DNA from: an uncultured Bacteroidales bacterium
Lineage (GTDB): Bacteria; Bacteroidota; Bacteroidia; Bacteroidales; UBA4417
Reading direction: 5' to 3'
Length of the DNA stretch: 64,000 nucleotides
Assembly: GCA_963802185.1 (NCBI GenBank)
Contig: CAWDHU010000015.1
Location: forward strand, 592,876-656,875
Positions within the stretch are counted from its first letter, which is position 1. Each line of letters starts with the position of its first letter. Below, piece after piece: positions 32,727-42,148 of this stretch. The position numbers were made by a program, and so were the translations under genes. The notes under the pieces are model-generated. The model made no database searches. It had not been told where the DNA came from and saw only the letters and a list, made by a program, of their open reading frames with translations.

Positions 32727-32787
32727 ACGCACGCGCGCACGTACGCACGCACACATATGCACACGCATGTATACTCGCACACACGTA
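32727..32787. repeat. Alternating purine/pyrimidine (Z-DNA-prone) CG/CA-rich tract
   Basis: 32727-32774 is a perfect R-Y alternation over 48 nt (acgcacgcgcgcacgtacgcacgcacacatatgcacacgcatgtatac). A single-base break is followed by a further 12 nt of alternation (32776-32787). Confidence 0.9.
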
Positions 32788-33338
32788 AGGCAAAGCAGTT
32801 CGAAAAAAGAAATCTGAGCCAGACCGGAGAAAACTGATTAAAACCCTTTAAACCTGAGAACGATGAAACAGAACACAAAATTAAAAGCAGGCTTTCAATG
32901 CAGAATATGTACTGAAAGATCGGTTTCGTCTGCCAGAGGGATAAACAGGACTTTCGAAATATCTCGAAATAGACTACAGCAAATTTAAAAGCAGAATCGA
33001 TGAGACAACAGAAAAATGATTTTACCCCAGGACCTTTGACAAAGGCAGGTTTTAAAGTGAGAAGTTACTGCCAGGAAAATTTGCCTGACAATGACAAAAA
33101 ACCAGCGGGCCTGTTTGTCAAAGATCAAAGTTGGGTAAAAACAATATCGAGACGGGAATTGATCGAAATTGAAATTGATATGCTAATAACGCCTGGCTTA
33201 AGAATATCCGGATCCAAACGAAAACTGATTCCTTTTGACTAAAAATGGGAGGTAAATGCAGGCCAAAGATTAAATCTGAAACCTGAACCGAGCGAAGCGA
33301 GCTCAGCGAAGCTAAAACTACAATCCGAAGTAAAAATT

Positions 33339-34050
33339 ATGATTCGACCTAAAAATATAATTCTTCGTCTGTTACTGGTAGCAATACCTGTACTTCTGGC
33401 TATGGCTCCTGCTATGGCTCAGACGAATAATGTATTTGTTGGTCAATCAGTTGAATTGAGTGTTGATGCCATACCCGGCGATACTTATACCTGGGAATTG
33501 TACAATGATGATACCGGCATTAACTATGCCACTACACCTGGCAATTGTCAGCTATCCGATGCATCATTTGACGGCGGCATAGCTACAGGTCCTGTTGTTC
33601 ATGTAACATGGATTAGTCCAGGTACTTACTTCTACAAAGTTACTGCCCAGACGGTCGGGATGTACCATGAACCTGAAAGTTGGAAAAATAATTGTTGAAC
33701 TAATATCGCCAACAGTTGGCCTCAGCCTTGACAATGCATCAACCTGTATCGGCCAAAGTACCTCTATCGCGGTAACTAATATTGGGGACCAACTCCAAAG
33801 TTTAACATACCGGATTATAAAACCGGATGCAAGCATGGAGCAGATTACACTGAACAACTCATCGGGAAATCTTTCAAGTATCCCGTTTACACCTATATCA
33901 GCTGGCACATATACATTCCAGGTGATAAATATAACCGATACATCAGGAATTAAAAATACACTTTCGAACTCAGTAACGGTAACGGTAAATCCGAAGCCCG
34001 GAAGTTCACGCATTTATCAATACGACCCAACGAATAAAAAGAAGAAATAG
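33339..34050 (+). CDS. Secreted hypothetical protein, about 237 aa if the two listed ORFs (33339-33698 and 33667-34050) are joined across a +1 frame change at the GGG run 33657-33659
   Basis: Signal peptide (AMA|Q). Joining the ORFs gives ...YKVTAQTVGCTMNLKVGKIIVELISP. This parallels ...STLQTSIYGCDSLQLGIIKVFENP in the next gene. The stop lies 1 nt before the next start. Confidence 0.7.
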
Positions 34051-34051
34051 T

Positions 34052-35743
34052 ATGAACAGGCTCAGAACCATATTGTTAACCATACTGATAGCAGTTGCCT
34101 ACGGGGCAGCCGGCCAGGGGTATGTGATTGACAGTGTGTGCCAGGGCGCTGAAAGACATTATCGTATCGACGGTGAAGCCGGATCGACATATACCTGGAC
34201 CCTTACTGATACATACGGTGCTATCACCACTTTACCAGAAACAGCTGACACCATAACTGTGATCTGGGACAAGTATGCTGGTGATTACATTCTCTCAACT
34301 CTCCAGACAAGTATTTACGGTTGCGACAGCTTGCAATTGGGTATTATTAAAGTATTCGAAAACCCTCTAATTACTGGCATACAAACCTTTAATGCAACAA
34401 ATGGATTAGCTAATGGTTACGCAAATGTAAATACAGGAAACTCTACTTCGACTTATGAATATTCATTAAACGGAACTGTATGGCAGGCATCGAATGTCTT
34501 TACAAAACTCCAGGCAGATACTTATACGGCCTGGGTAAGAAACGAAAACGGATGCATCTTTTCACGCCAATTCACAATATTTAATTCTGTTGTCGGGGCA
34601 GTAGAAATCAGAGCCGGTAATGGGTTGAGTTGTATCTCTGCTCCAATTGGAATACCAATAAATGCAAATGGGTTTACTAATATTTCTGCATTCACAATTC
34701 AGGTCGCTTTCGATCCTTCGATCATGACGTTCGACGCGATTTCGCAGATGAATAATCTTTTAGATAACGGAACTTTGTCATTTGCGCTGGTATCTCCCGG
34801 AATGCTTGAGATTAGCTTTGTTACTTCTAACCCGCTTACACTTCCTCCTAACGACCAATTAATTAGTTTGAATTTCAGCGGTTTGTCTGCAGGTCATACT
34901 CAGTTAAAGTGGGATTTAGTGAATTGCCTGATCCTGTCCGGATCCAAATCCGAAATACCGACTATCTATACCAATGGCGAAGTTGATATCAGGCCGGTTC
35001 CTCAGATATATACAGCTGGTTCAGGTTCATATTGTGAAGGAAGCTCGCTAAAGCTTTCAACCGGGTCACTGACCGGTCAGAGTCTTTCATACGCTTGGAC
35101 CAGCCCGAATGGTGCAACTCATAATGGGAACGAATGGGACCTGGGTAAATTGCATGTATCAGATGCTGGTGTATATTCCGTAACTGCTTCCGAAATTCCG
35201 GAATGTGCAACAACCGAAACGCTAAGTGTTCAGGTATATCCTAATCCAGTTTTAAGTATTTCTAATAGTGATACCTTATGCTCAGACCAGGAAATTAAAC
35301 TGGATGCAGGATTAGGTTTTGCTTCATACAAATGGCAGGATGGAAGCACAGATCCTCAAATTCTGGCAACCACTGAAGGTATATATTGGGTTACCGTAAC
35401 CGATTACAATGGTTGCCAGGCAACCGATTCGGTATTGCTCCACGAATGCGAATTGATGCTATGGATGCCGAATGTATTTACTCCAAATGGAGATGGACTA
35501 AACGATGAATTCCTGCCCAGGTACAAACCTGGCTTTGATATTACTTTCCAGATGTTGATTTTCAACAAATGGGGCGAACAAATATTCAGTACCAACAATA
35601 TTGACAAGGGTTGGGATGGAACCTATAAAGGAGTGCTTTGCATGGAGGACCTGTATACATGGGTCGTTACATTCAGTTCTCCTGACAATTTTAAATTCCT
35701 GCAAAAATCACCGCAAAGCGGAAACGTAATGCTGCTTAAATAG
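34052..35743 (+). CDS. T9SS type B sorting-domain protein (gliding-motility-associated C-terminal domain) with a cohesin-like module and Ig-like domains
   Basis: The C-terminus MPNVFTPNGDGLNDEF...IFNKWGEQIF...GWDGTYKG is the type B CTD signature. Residues about 183-320 (VEIRAGNG...IGIPINANGFTNISAFTIQVAFDPSIMTFDAIS...GEVDI) follow a cohesin-like pattern. Signal peptide AAG|Q. Confidence 0.85.
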   Translation: MNRLRTILLTILIAVAYGAAGQGYVIDSVCQGAERHYRIDGEAGSTYTWTLTDTYGAITTLPETADTITVIWDKYAGDYILSTLQTSIYGCDSLQLGIIKVFENPLITGIQTFNATNGLANGYANVNTGNSTSTYEYSLNGTVWQASNVFTKLQADTYTAWVRNENGCIFSRQFTIFNSVVGAVEIRAGNGLSCISAPIGIPINANGFTNISAFTIQVAFDPSIMTFDAISQMNNLLDNGTLSFALVSPGMLEISFVTSNPLTLPPNDQLISLNFSGLSAGHTQLKWDLVNCLILSGSKSEIPTIYTNGEVDIRPVPQIYTAGSGSYCEGSSLKLSTGSLTGQSLSYAWTSPNGATHNGNEWDLGKLHVSDAGVYSVTASEIPECATTETLSVQVYPNPVLSISNSDTLCSDQEIKLDAGLGFASYKWQDGSTDPQILATTEGIYWVTVTDYNGCQATDSVLLHECELMLWMPNVFTPNGDGLNDEFLPRYKPGFDITFQMLIFNKWGEQIFSTNNIDKGWDGTYKGVLCMEDLYTWVVTFSSPDNFKFLQKSPQSGNVMLLK

Positions 35744-35752
35744 TATGACGAC

Positions 35753-36745
35753 ATGAAAACTCAAAAAACTCTCTTATTTACTTTATTCATCCTTGTATGG
35801 ATAGTAAAAAGTAACGCTCAGGACGTAATTTATTCGCAGTTTTACGCGAATCCTTTATACCTGAACCCGGCTTTGGCAGGAGCAAAGCTAGACCAGCGTA
35901 TTACAGTGAATTACCGTAATCAGTGGCCAAGTATCTCGAAAGGATATGTTACCTATAGTACTGCCTGGGATCAGCAGTTCGATAAAATATCGGGTGCATT
36001 GGGTGTTATGGTTAATGCTGATGTTGGAGGCGGAGGTGTTTACAATAAGTTCAGCGGAAGCGGAATTTATTCTTACCGGCTTCAAGCTTCACGTTTCATT
36101 GTTTTAAATGCTGCTATACAAGCATCATATATGCAGTATAAGTTGGATTGGAATAAGCTTCTTTTTGGTGATCAGATCGACGTTCATTCAGGAGGTATTG
36201 AGCCAACCAGGGAATATATCCCATCAAAACTTACTGTCGGGGTAGTTGATTTAAATGCAGGGATACTGGGCGGCTATAAGGAAAGCCTTTATTTCGGAGT
36301 TTCTGTTAATCATCTTACACGGCCCGATGTTGCTTTCTACGAAGGAAATGAGAACAGGCTGCAAATGAGATGGACCGTCCACTCCGGCGTGCTGATCGAC
36401 TTTTTTCAGGGAATGGACGGGCAAGATATACGTAACTTCTCTATCTCTCCAAATTTTATTTATGTGCAGCAAGGAGAATTCCGCCAGTTGAATGTAGGTA
36501 TGTATGTGAACAAATTCCCTTTTGTTTGGGGATTATGGATGAGACATAATTTCGGGAACCCTGATGCCGTAATTGCATTATTTGGCTTTCAGACAAAAAC
36601 ATATAAAATTGGATACAGTTATGATTATACTATTTCGCACCTTACTAACAGATCAGGTGGCGCTCACGAAATATCAATCGCCTGGCTGTTTCGCAGGGCA
36701 ATTGGATCCAGCCGGTATCATGCTTTAAAATGTCCTACTTTTTAA
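35753..36745 (+). CDS. PorP/SprF family type IX secretion system membrane protein
   Basis: QDVIYSQFYANPLYLNPALAG at the mature N-terminus and GGAHEISI near the C-terminus. It sits 9 nt downstream of a type-B-CTD gene, which is the canonical pairing. Confidence 0.9.
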   Translation: MKTQKTLLFTLFILVWIVKSNAQDVIYSQFYANPLYLNPALAGAKLDQRITVNYRNQWPSISKGYVTYSTAWDQQFDKISGALGVMVNADVGGGGVYNKFSGSGIYSYRLQASRFIVLNAAIQASYMQYKLDWNKLLFGDQIDVHSGGIEPTREYIPSKLTVGVVDLNAGILGGYKESLYFGVSVNHLTRPDVAFYEGNENRLQMRWTVHSGVLIDFFQGMDGQDIRNFSISPNFIYVQQGEFRQLNVGMYVNKFPFVWGLWMRHNFGNPDAVIALFGFQTKTYKIGYSYDYTISHLTNRSGGAHEISIAWLFRRAIGSSRYHALKCPTF

Positions 36746-36889
36746 TTTCTACATTTCGTTTGCCTTGGAAGTGCAGGTAAAAAAAGGAATATTCTTTTTT
36801 CCAGTAATTAAGTTGCTACCTGCGATATTAAATGTGAACTTCATGCGGTAAAATGGCTTAATTTTAAGCCTCAAATCCAGTTGCAGCAT

Positions 36890-38164
36890 ATGAGGTTTAA
36901 GCATATAAGATATGTCGTATTATTAGGTGCCTTTGCTATACTTGGGATCATAGCGATCCAGTTATATTTTATGAAGAAGGAATGGAGCAACAAGGAAAAA
37001 CAATTTGCTCAAACGGTTACCATTTGTTTACGGAATGTAGCTACAAAAATTTATAAGTTTAACAATGCCACACCATCAACGCCCAATCCGGTAAGGCAAT
37101 TGTCGTCCAATTATTTTGTGGTAGATGTGAATAGCGAAATAGATGCAAGTATTCTTGAGCATTACCTGAAAATGGAATTTGAAAGATATAATATACAGAC
37201 CGATTTCGAATTTGGCATTTATAACTGCGAAACCGACGTAATGGAATATGGGAACTATATTTTTCACAATGGCAAAATAAAACCGGCTTCTGAAACAGTG
37301 GATTTGCCTAAGTACAGCGGTTATAATTACTATTTCGGTGTCAATTTCCCATTGTTGAATAATACTATTGCCGGCGATATGACTATCTGGTTTTTCCTCA
37401 TTGGGATTTTGGCAGTTTCAGTTGTGTTTTTTGCCTATTCTATTTTTGTGATATTGCAACAAAAAAGGTTTTCGGAATTGCAGCGCGATTTTATTAATAA
37501 TATGACACACGAATTCAAGACCCCGATTGCGAGTATCACTATTGCTGCTGATGTAATTTCAAAACCTGAATCCATAAATGAACCTTCCCGAATACTTACA
37601 TACGGATCGGTTATCAAACAGGAAGTGAGCAGGCTGAATGACCAGGTAGATAAAGTATTACAGATTGCACGGATTGAAAAAAGCGGCTTTCATCTCCGCA
37701 TGGAAATGCTCGACCTCAATGCAATTATCAGGCAGGCGGTTGAGAATTGCCTGGCAAATCATGAAGAAAAAGTAAATATAAAAACTGATTTGGCGAATGA
37801 TATTGACGAAGTTGTGGGCGACCGCATGCATCTGACCAATATTTTTTATAATCTTCTGGATAATGCAGTGAAATATGCCGGTGAAATCCCGGATATAAAC
37901 ATTAGATCTATTAGGAAAGCAAACAAAATCCTGGTTACAATAAGTGATAATGGCCCCGGAATCGGTCGGGCACATCAGAAGAGGGTATTCCAGAAGTTTT
38001 ACCGTATTCCGACTGCCGATGTTCACGATGTAAAAGGTTTCGGGCTTGGACTGTTTTATGTGAAAAGTATTTGCGATGCTCACCGTTGGAAAATCAGTCT
38101 GGACCCAACTCCGGCAGAAGGCACTACTTTTATACTTGAAATAAACTCGAAAGGGAATGTTTGA
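36890..38164 (+). CDS. Sensor histidine kinase (HisKA + HATPase_c)
   Basis: Two TM segments, H-box MTHEFKTPIASI, N-box NLLDNAVKY, G1 DNGPGI and G2 GFGLGL. The ATG at 36890 is preferred over the TTG at 36881. Confidence 0.85.
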   Translation: MRFKHIRYVVLLGAFAILGIIAIQLYFMKKEWSNKEKQFAQTVTICLRNVATKIYKFNNATPSTPNPVRQLSSNYFVVDVNSEIDASILEHYLKMEFERYNIQTDFEFGIYNCETDVMEYGNYIFHNGKIKPASETVDLPKYSGYNYYFGVNFPLLNNTIAGDMTIWFFLIGILAVSVVFFAYSIFVILQQKRFSELQRDFINNMTHEFKTPIASITIAADVISKPESINEPSRILTYGSVIKQEVSRLNDQVDKVLQIARIEKSGFHLRMEMLDLNAIIRQAVENCLANHEEKVNIKTDLANDIDEVVGDRMHLTNIFYNLLDNAVKYAGEIPDINIRSIRKANKILVTISDNGPGIGRAHQKRVFQKFYRIPTADVHDVKGFGLGLFYVKSICDAHRWKISLDPTPAEGTTFILEINSKGNV

Positions 38165-38261
38165 AGTTCCGGGTACCGTAGTTCCAGGTTCCGGTACCTG
38201 GCACTTTTTATTAAGTCTTTAATTCTGTTATCAAAACATACTACTTAAATCGATAGCTTTA

Positions 38262-38957
38262 ATGATGAATGCACGGATTTTATATGTCGAAGATGATCTT
38301 ACCCTTTCCTTCGTAACCCGCGATAACCTCGAAAGGGCCGGATACACTATTGACTCATGCGAGGATGGTATAACTGCGTACGAGAAAATTGCAAACGGGA
38401 ATTATGATTTGTATATCCTTGATGTGATGCTTCCTAAAATTGATGGCTATACCCTGGCAAGGAGAATCAGGGAGAAAAATGAAGCAGTGCCTATACTTTT
38501 TCTTTCAGCCAAATCGACCCTGAACGATAAAATTTACGGTTTACAACTAGGTGCTGACGATTATATAACAAAGCCTTTCAGTATTGAGGAACTGATCCTG
38601 AAAATTGAAGTGTTTCTTAAACGAAGCAGTATTGATTCATCCCGCTTGCAGAAAGATACAATTTATCATATCGGTGATATTACATTTTCATATTCAGGGC
38701 TTCAACTTGCAATCGGAAAGGACATTCACTCCCTTACTCACCGCGAAGCCGAACTGCTTGCATACTTATGCGATCATAAAGGCACAATTCTGAAAAGAGA
38801 AGATATCCTGAATAAAGTCTGGGGAAACGATCACTTTTTCTCAAGCCGCAGCCTCGATGTCTTTATTTCACGTTTACGCAAATTGCTTAAATCAGATCCA
38901 AAGGTAAAAATTGAAAATATTCATAATATCGGGTACAGGTTAGTTGTTGGTAGTTAA
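38262..38957 (+). CDS. OmpR/PhoB-family response regulator
   Basis: Receiver residues (EDD, LYILDVMLP, ITKPF) and a winged-helix C-terminus (IHNIGYRL). Confidence 0.9.
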   Translation: MMNARILYVEDDLTLSFVTRDNLERAGYTIDSCEDGITAYEKIANGNYDLYILDVMLPKIDGYTLARRIREKNEAVPILFLSAKSTLNDKIYGLQLGADDYITKPFSIEELILKIEVFLKRSSIDSSRLQKDTIYHIGDITFSYSGLQLAIGKDIHSLTHREAELLAYLCDHKGTILKREDILNKVWGNDHFFSSRSLDVFISRLRKLLKSDPKVKIENIHNIGYRLVVGS

Positions 38958-39081
38958 TTTTGTTTCAGCGTTTCACGTTTCGAGACCCAAAAGACGATTG
39001 AATGAGTATTGAATGACAACCCACACACCTCAAAAAACTCCTTTACTCAATCTCCAACAATTGAATGACAACTCACATGAC

Positions 39082-40044
39082 TCAATACTCCATTTTCCCA
39101 ATCATCTTCCCCTGCCACGTATCTTGCTTCTCCAATTCTTTTTCAATCAACATCTGCACCTGATCGCTACGTAGGTTTCCCCAGGTCGGACCAGCCTGGA
39201 AACGCGGAGGTGCTTCGCCTGTAAATCGTTCAATAACAAAATCCGGGTTTAATCTTTCGGTAAAACGGACAATAAAGTCGATATAATTTTCAAGAGTAAA
39301 TAAGTTGAATTTTGCCTGATCAACCAGGTATTCAGCTGCCATTGGTGTGTCCTTTATAACCTGGAGCTGGTGAAATTTAATAGTATCAAGAGGAAGATCA
39401 GATAAAATAGTAGCCTCAGCAAGCATCTCGTCTGAGGTTTCACCCGGAAGTCCAAAAATAATATGGGCTCCGGTGTGGATTCCATATGAAGCTGTTTTAC
39501 GAATAGCAGCTTCCGATTCCCCGAAAGTATGCCCGCGGTTTATGCGTTCCAGCGTACGGTCGTAGCAGGATTCAATTCCATATTCAATAATAACATAATG
39601 GGTTTCAGCCAAACGGGCGAAGTATTCCAGTTTCTCATCGTCAATACAATCCGGCCGGGTTCCGATCACCAATCCACTTACTCCCGGAAATGCCAGTGCC
39701 TCGTCATACAATGATTTTAAATAATCAAGGGAGCCATAGGTATTGGAATATGCCTGAAAATAAGCCAGGTAGCTTCCGGCCCTGCGGTAGCGCACTTTGT
39801 GAAACTCAATTCCTTCAGTTATCTGTTGTGTTATACTTTTATGTGGCTGGCAGTAGGATGGGTTAAAAGCATCGTTGTTGCAGTATGTACAACCTCCGAT
39901 GCTTTTTGAACCATCGCGGTTGGGACAGGTGAACCCGGCATCGATGGTTACTTTCTGAACACGGCCGCCAAACGTTCGTTTGAAATATTCACTGTACGAA
40001 TTGTAACGGCGGGTATGTCCCCAGGGATAATCGGTATTTATCAT
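39082..40044 (-). CDS. TIGR01212-family radical SAM protein
   Basis: CPNRDGSKSIGGCTYCN cluster motif; the length (320 aa) and the conserved C-terminal region are typical of the family. Confidence 0.8.
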   Translation of the reverse strand: MINTDYPWGHTRRYNSYSEYFKRTFGGRVQKVTIDAGFTCPNRDGSKSIGGCTYCNNDAFNPSYCQPHKSITQQITEGIEFHKVRYRRAGSYLAYFQAYSNTYGSLDYLKSLYDEALAFPGVSGLVIGTRPDCIDDEKLEYFARLAETHYVIIEYGIESCYDRTLERINRGHTFGESEAAIRKTASYGIHTGAHIIFGLPGETSDEMLAEATILSDLPLDTIKFHQLQVIKDTPMAAEYLVDQAKFNLFTLENYIDFIVRFTERLNPDFVIERFTGEAPPRFQAGPTWGNLRSDQVQMLIEKELEKQDTWQGKMIGKMEY

Positions 40045-40108
40045 ACTGCAAAAGTCGGTTATTTTTTAACCCGTGTGAGTACGAATTCAAGAACCGCCCA
40101 GTCTAAGC

Positions 40109-40139
40109 AAAAAAAAGGCCACATCTTACGATGTAGCCT
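40109..40139 (-). terminator. Rho-independent terminator of the POT transporter gene
   Basis: The minus strand reads AGGCUACAUC-guaa-GAUGUGGCCU (10 bp with one G.U pair) followed by U7. Confidence 0.8.
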
Positions 40140-40175
40140 TTAGTGGTTGGTATTATGGTTAGTTGATAGTAATTT

Positions 40176-42020
40176 TTATTTGGTTGCATTCTCAAGCCTC
40201 TTCATAATTGAGAAGATAAATATTGCGGCCAGTATGCAACAGATAATGAATATGCCCCAAAGCATATAAAGTTCAACTTTCCCCCATAAAAGACTTCCTA
40301 CGAACAGGAATTTATTCCCGATAGCGGTGGCTAACAACCAGCCTCCCTGCATCATACCCTGGAAGCGGGGAGGAGCAACCTTGGCTACGAACGAAAGTCC
40401 AATTGGGCTTAAGAAGAGTTCGGCAATGGTCAAAATAAGATAAGAACTCATAAGCCAATATGGTGAAACCCTGCTTGCTTCAGCAACTGCAACCCCTGCC
40501 ATATCCTTTGGCGATATTAAACCAAGAGATGCAATCAATATCAGAACGAAACCTAAAGAGGCAATAACCATTCCGATACCAATTTTCCGGGGGCTTGAAG
40601 GTTCTTTTCCATTTTTACCCAACCAGGCAAAAATACCCATTACCAGTGGCGTTAATGCCACGATAAACAGTGGGTTAAAGGATTGGAATACTTCTGGTGA
40701 AATCAAATTTAAAGCCTCATTATGTGAAGCAAAATAGTAGCTTAAATATCCAAACCCTAAGAATCCTGCTGCTCCAATCAAACGGGTTTGTGCTTTTTTA
40801 GTGAAGAAAATCATTGCAGAGCCTGCTATTGCTCCAATTACGGCTAAAATTGACCAGATGTTAAAGAACAAATTAGTGAAAGGTCCTACAAACTGAGTTG
40901 TATAGTCACGGGCAAACATCGTAAGCGTGAGTCCGTTTTGATGGAACGACATCCAGAAGAAAATTACTACCACAAAAACCAGTGTTAAAGCCACAACCCG
41001 TGGTTTTTCTTCTTTTGTTGAAATCTGGAAAATGAAAGAAACAAATCCCACAAACAAACCTACTGCCAGCCCAAGCTTATAGTCAATGTCCTTGATATCC
41101 GTATATCCATCAGCTATATGGAATAATAAGGCAATTCCAGCCATTAAGCCCAGCGAAATAAGGATGTATTTCAGGTTGTGCGCCAAACTAACGTTTGTAG
41201 TGCTTTCGGGTTTTACCTGGTTTGCTTTTGCAGCTAATGCTTCTTTATGTTTCGAAGGCAGTAAGCGGTTAAATATAATATAGATTACCAATGACACTAT
41301 CATAGCACCTGCAGCTATTGCAAATGCATAGTTGAAACCTGCAGAGAAAACCTTTATATAATCAGCAGCAAAAACCGCGAGATCGGCAGCTGATTTGCCG
41401 CCACCTTCAAGAATCGAAGCATTAGCGAGATTCTGGAACTGATCAACATCTTTCAACGTGCCTCCGATGTACTGATGGCAGAGTGAGGGCAGATTGGCAT
41501 TTTCGACATACCCGTTTGATTTCAGCCAGAACTCTTTAACTGCTTTTGCTACAAACGGAGCAAAGAAAGCTCCTATGTTTATTCCCATATAAAAGATCAT
41601 GAATGCACCATCGCGCAATTTCATATATCTTTCATCATCGTACATTTGACCGACGACTGCCTGAAGGTTGCCTTTAAATAACCCGTTTCCAAGTGCTATG
41701 ATCATCAAGGCAGAAATGGAAACCCATAACTCGGAACCAGGAACGGCTATAAGAGCATATCCGGCAAACATAATAATTTGTCCGATGAAGATAACCGATT
41801 TATACTTTTTAGTCCAGTCGGCCAGCATACCTCCGATAAGAGCCAATGCATATATGGCAAAATAAAACCAGGAATAAATGCTTCCGGCTGCATCGGCATC
41901 AAGGCCATAGCGGGCTTGGAGGAACATTACGAGGATAGCCATCATGGTATAAAAACCAAAGCGTTCGCCCATATTGGTGAAGAAGGCCACCAGTAAACCT
42001 TTAGGATGATTTTTTAACAT
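40176..42020 (-). CDS. Proton-dependent oligopeptide transporter (POT/PTR2 family MFS)
   Basis: N-terminus HPKGLLVAFFTNMGERFGFYTMMAILVMFL (ExxERFxYY-type motif) and about 14 TM segments. A candidate -7 box TATTTTTG is the reverse complement of 42067-42074. Confidence 0.85.
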   Translation of the reverse strand: MLKNHPKGLLVAFFTNMGERFGFYTMMAILVMFLQARYGLDADAAGSIYSWFYFAIYALALIGGMLADWTKKYKSVIFIGQIIMFAGYALIAVPGSELWVSISALMIIALGNGLFKGNLQAVVGQMYDDERYMKLRDGAFMIFYMGINIGAFFAPFVAKAVKEFWLKSNGYVENANLPSLCHQYIGGTLKDVDQFQNLANASILEGGGKSAADLAVFAADYIKVFSAGFNYAFAIAAGAMIVSLVIYIIFNRLLPSKHKEALAAKANQVKPESTTNVSLAHNLKYILISLGLMAGIALLFHIADGYTDIKDIDYKLGLAVGLFVGFVSFIFQISTKEEKPRVVALTLVFVVVIFFWMSFHQNGLTLTMFARDYTTQFVGPFTNLFFNIWSILAVIGAIAGSAMIFFTKKAQTRLIGAAGFLGFGYLSYYFASHNEALNLISPEVFQSFNPLFIVALTPLVMGIFAWLGKNGKEPSSPRKIGIGMVIASLGFVLILIASLGLISPKDMAGVAVAEASRVSPYWLMSSYLILTIAELFLSPIGLSFVAKVAPPRFQGMMQGGWLLATAIGNKFLFVGSLLWGKVELYMLWGIFIICCILAAIFIFSIMKRLENATK

Positions 42021-42148
42021 AGAAAAGGGTTGAATTTATGATAGTTTTGACTTGTTTACAGATGGGCAAAAATAAACTAATTTCTTAATTTCCAAAGCAT
42101 ACTCAGTCTCCCCGTTAAAAAAGTTATAAGGTGGCAAAATATTGTGCT

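Noticed and set aside
33000-33242. 80-aa ORF (MRQQKNDFTPG...) in the 1.29-kb gap.
   Set aside because: It is Lys/Arg/Asp-rich with no family resemblance and no upstream promoter motif that I could see. It cannot be excluded as a small protein, but there is not enough support to annotate it.
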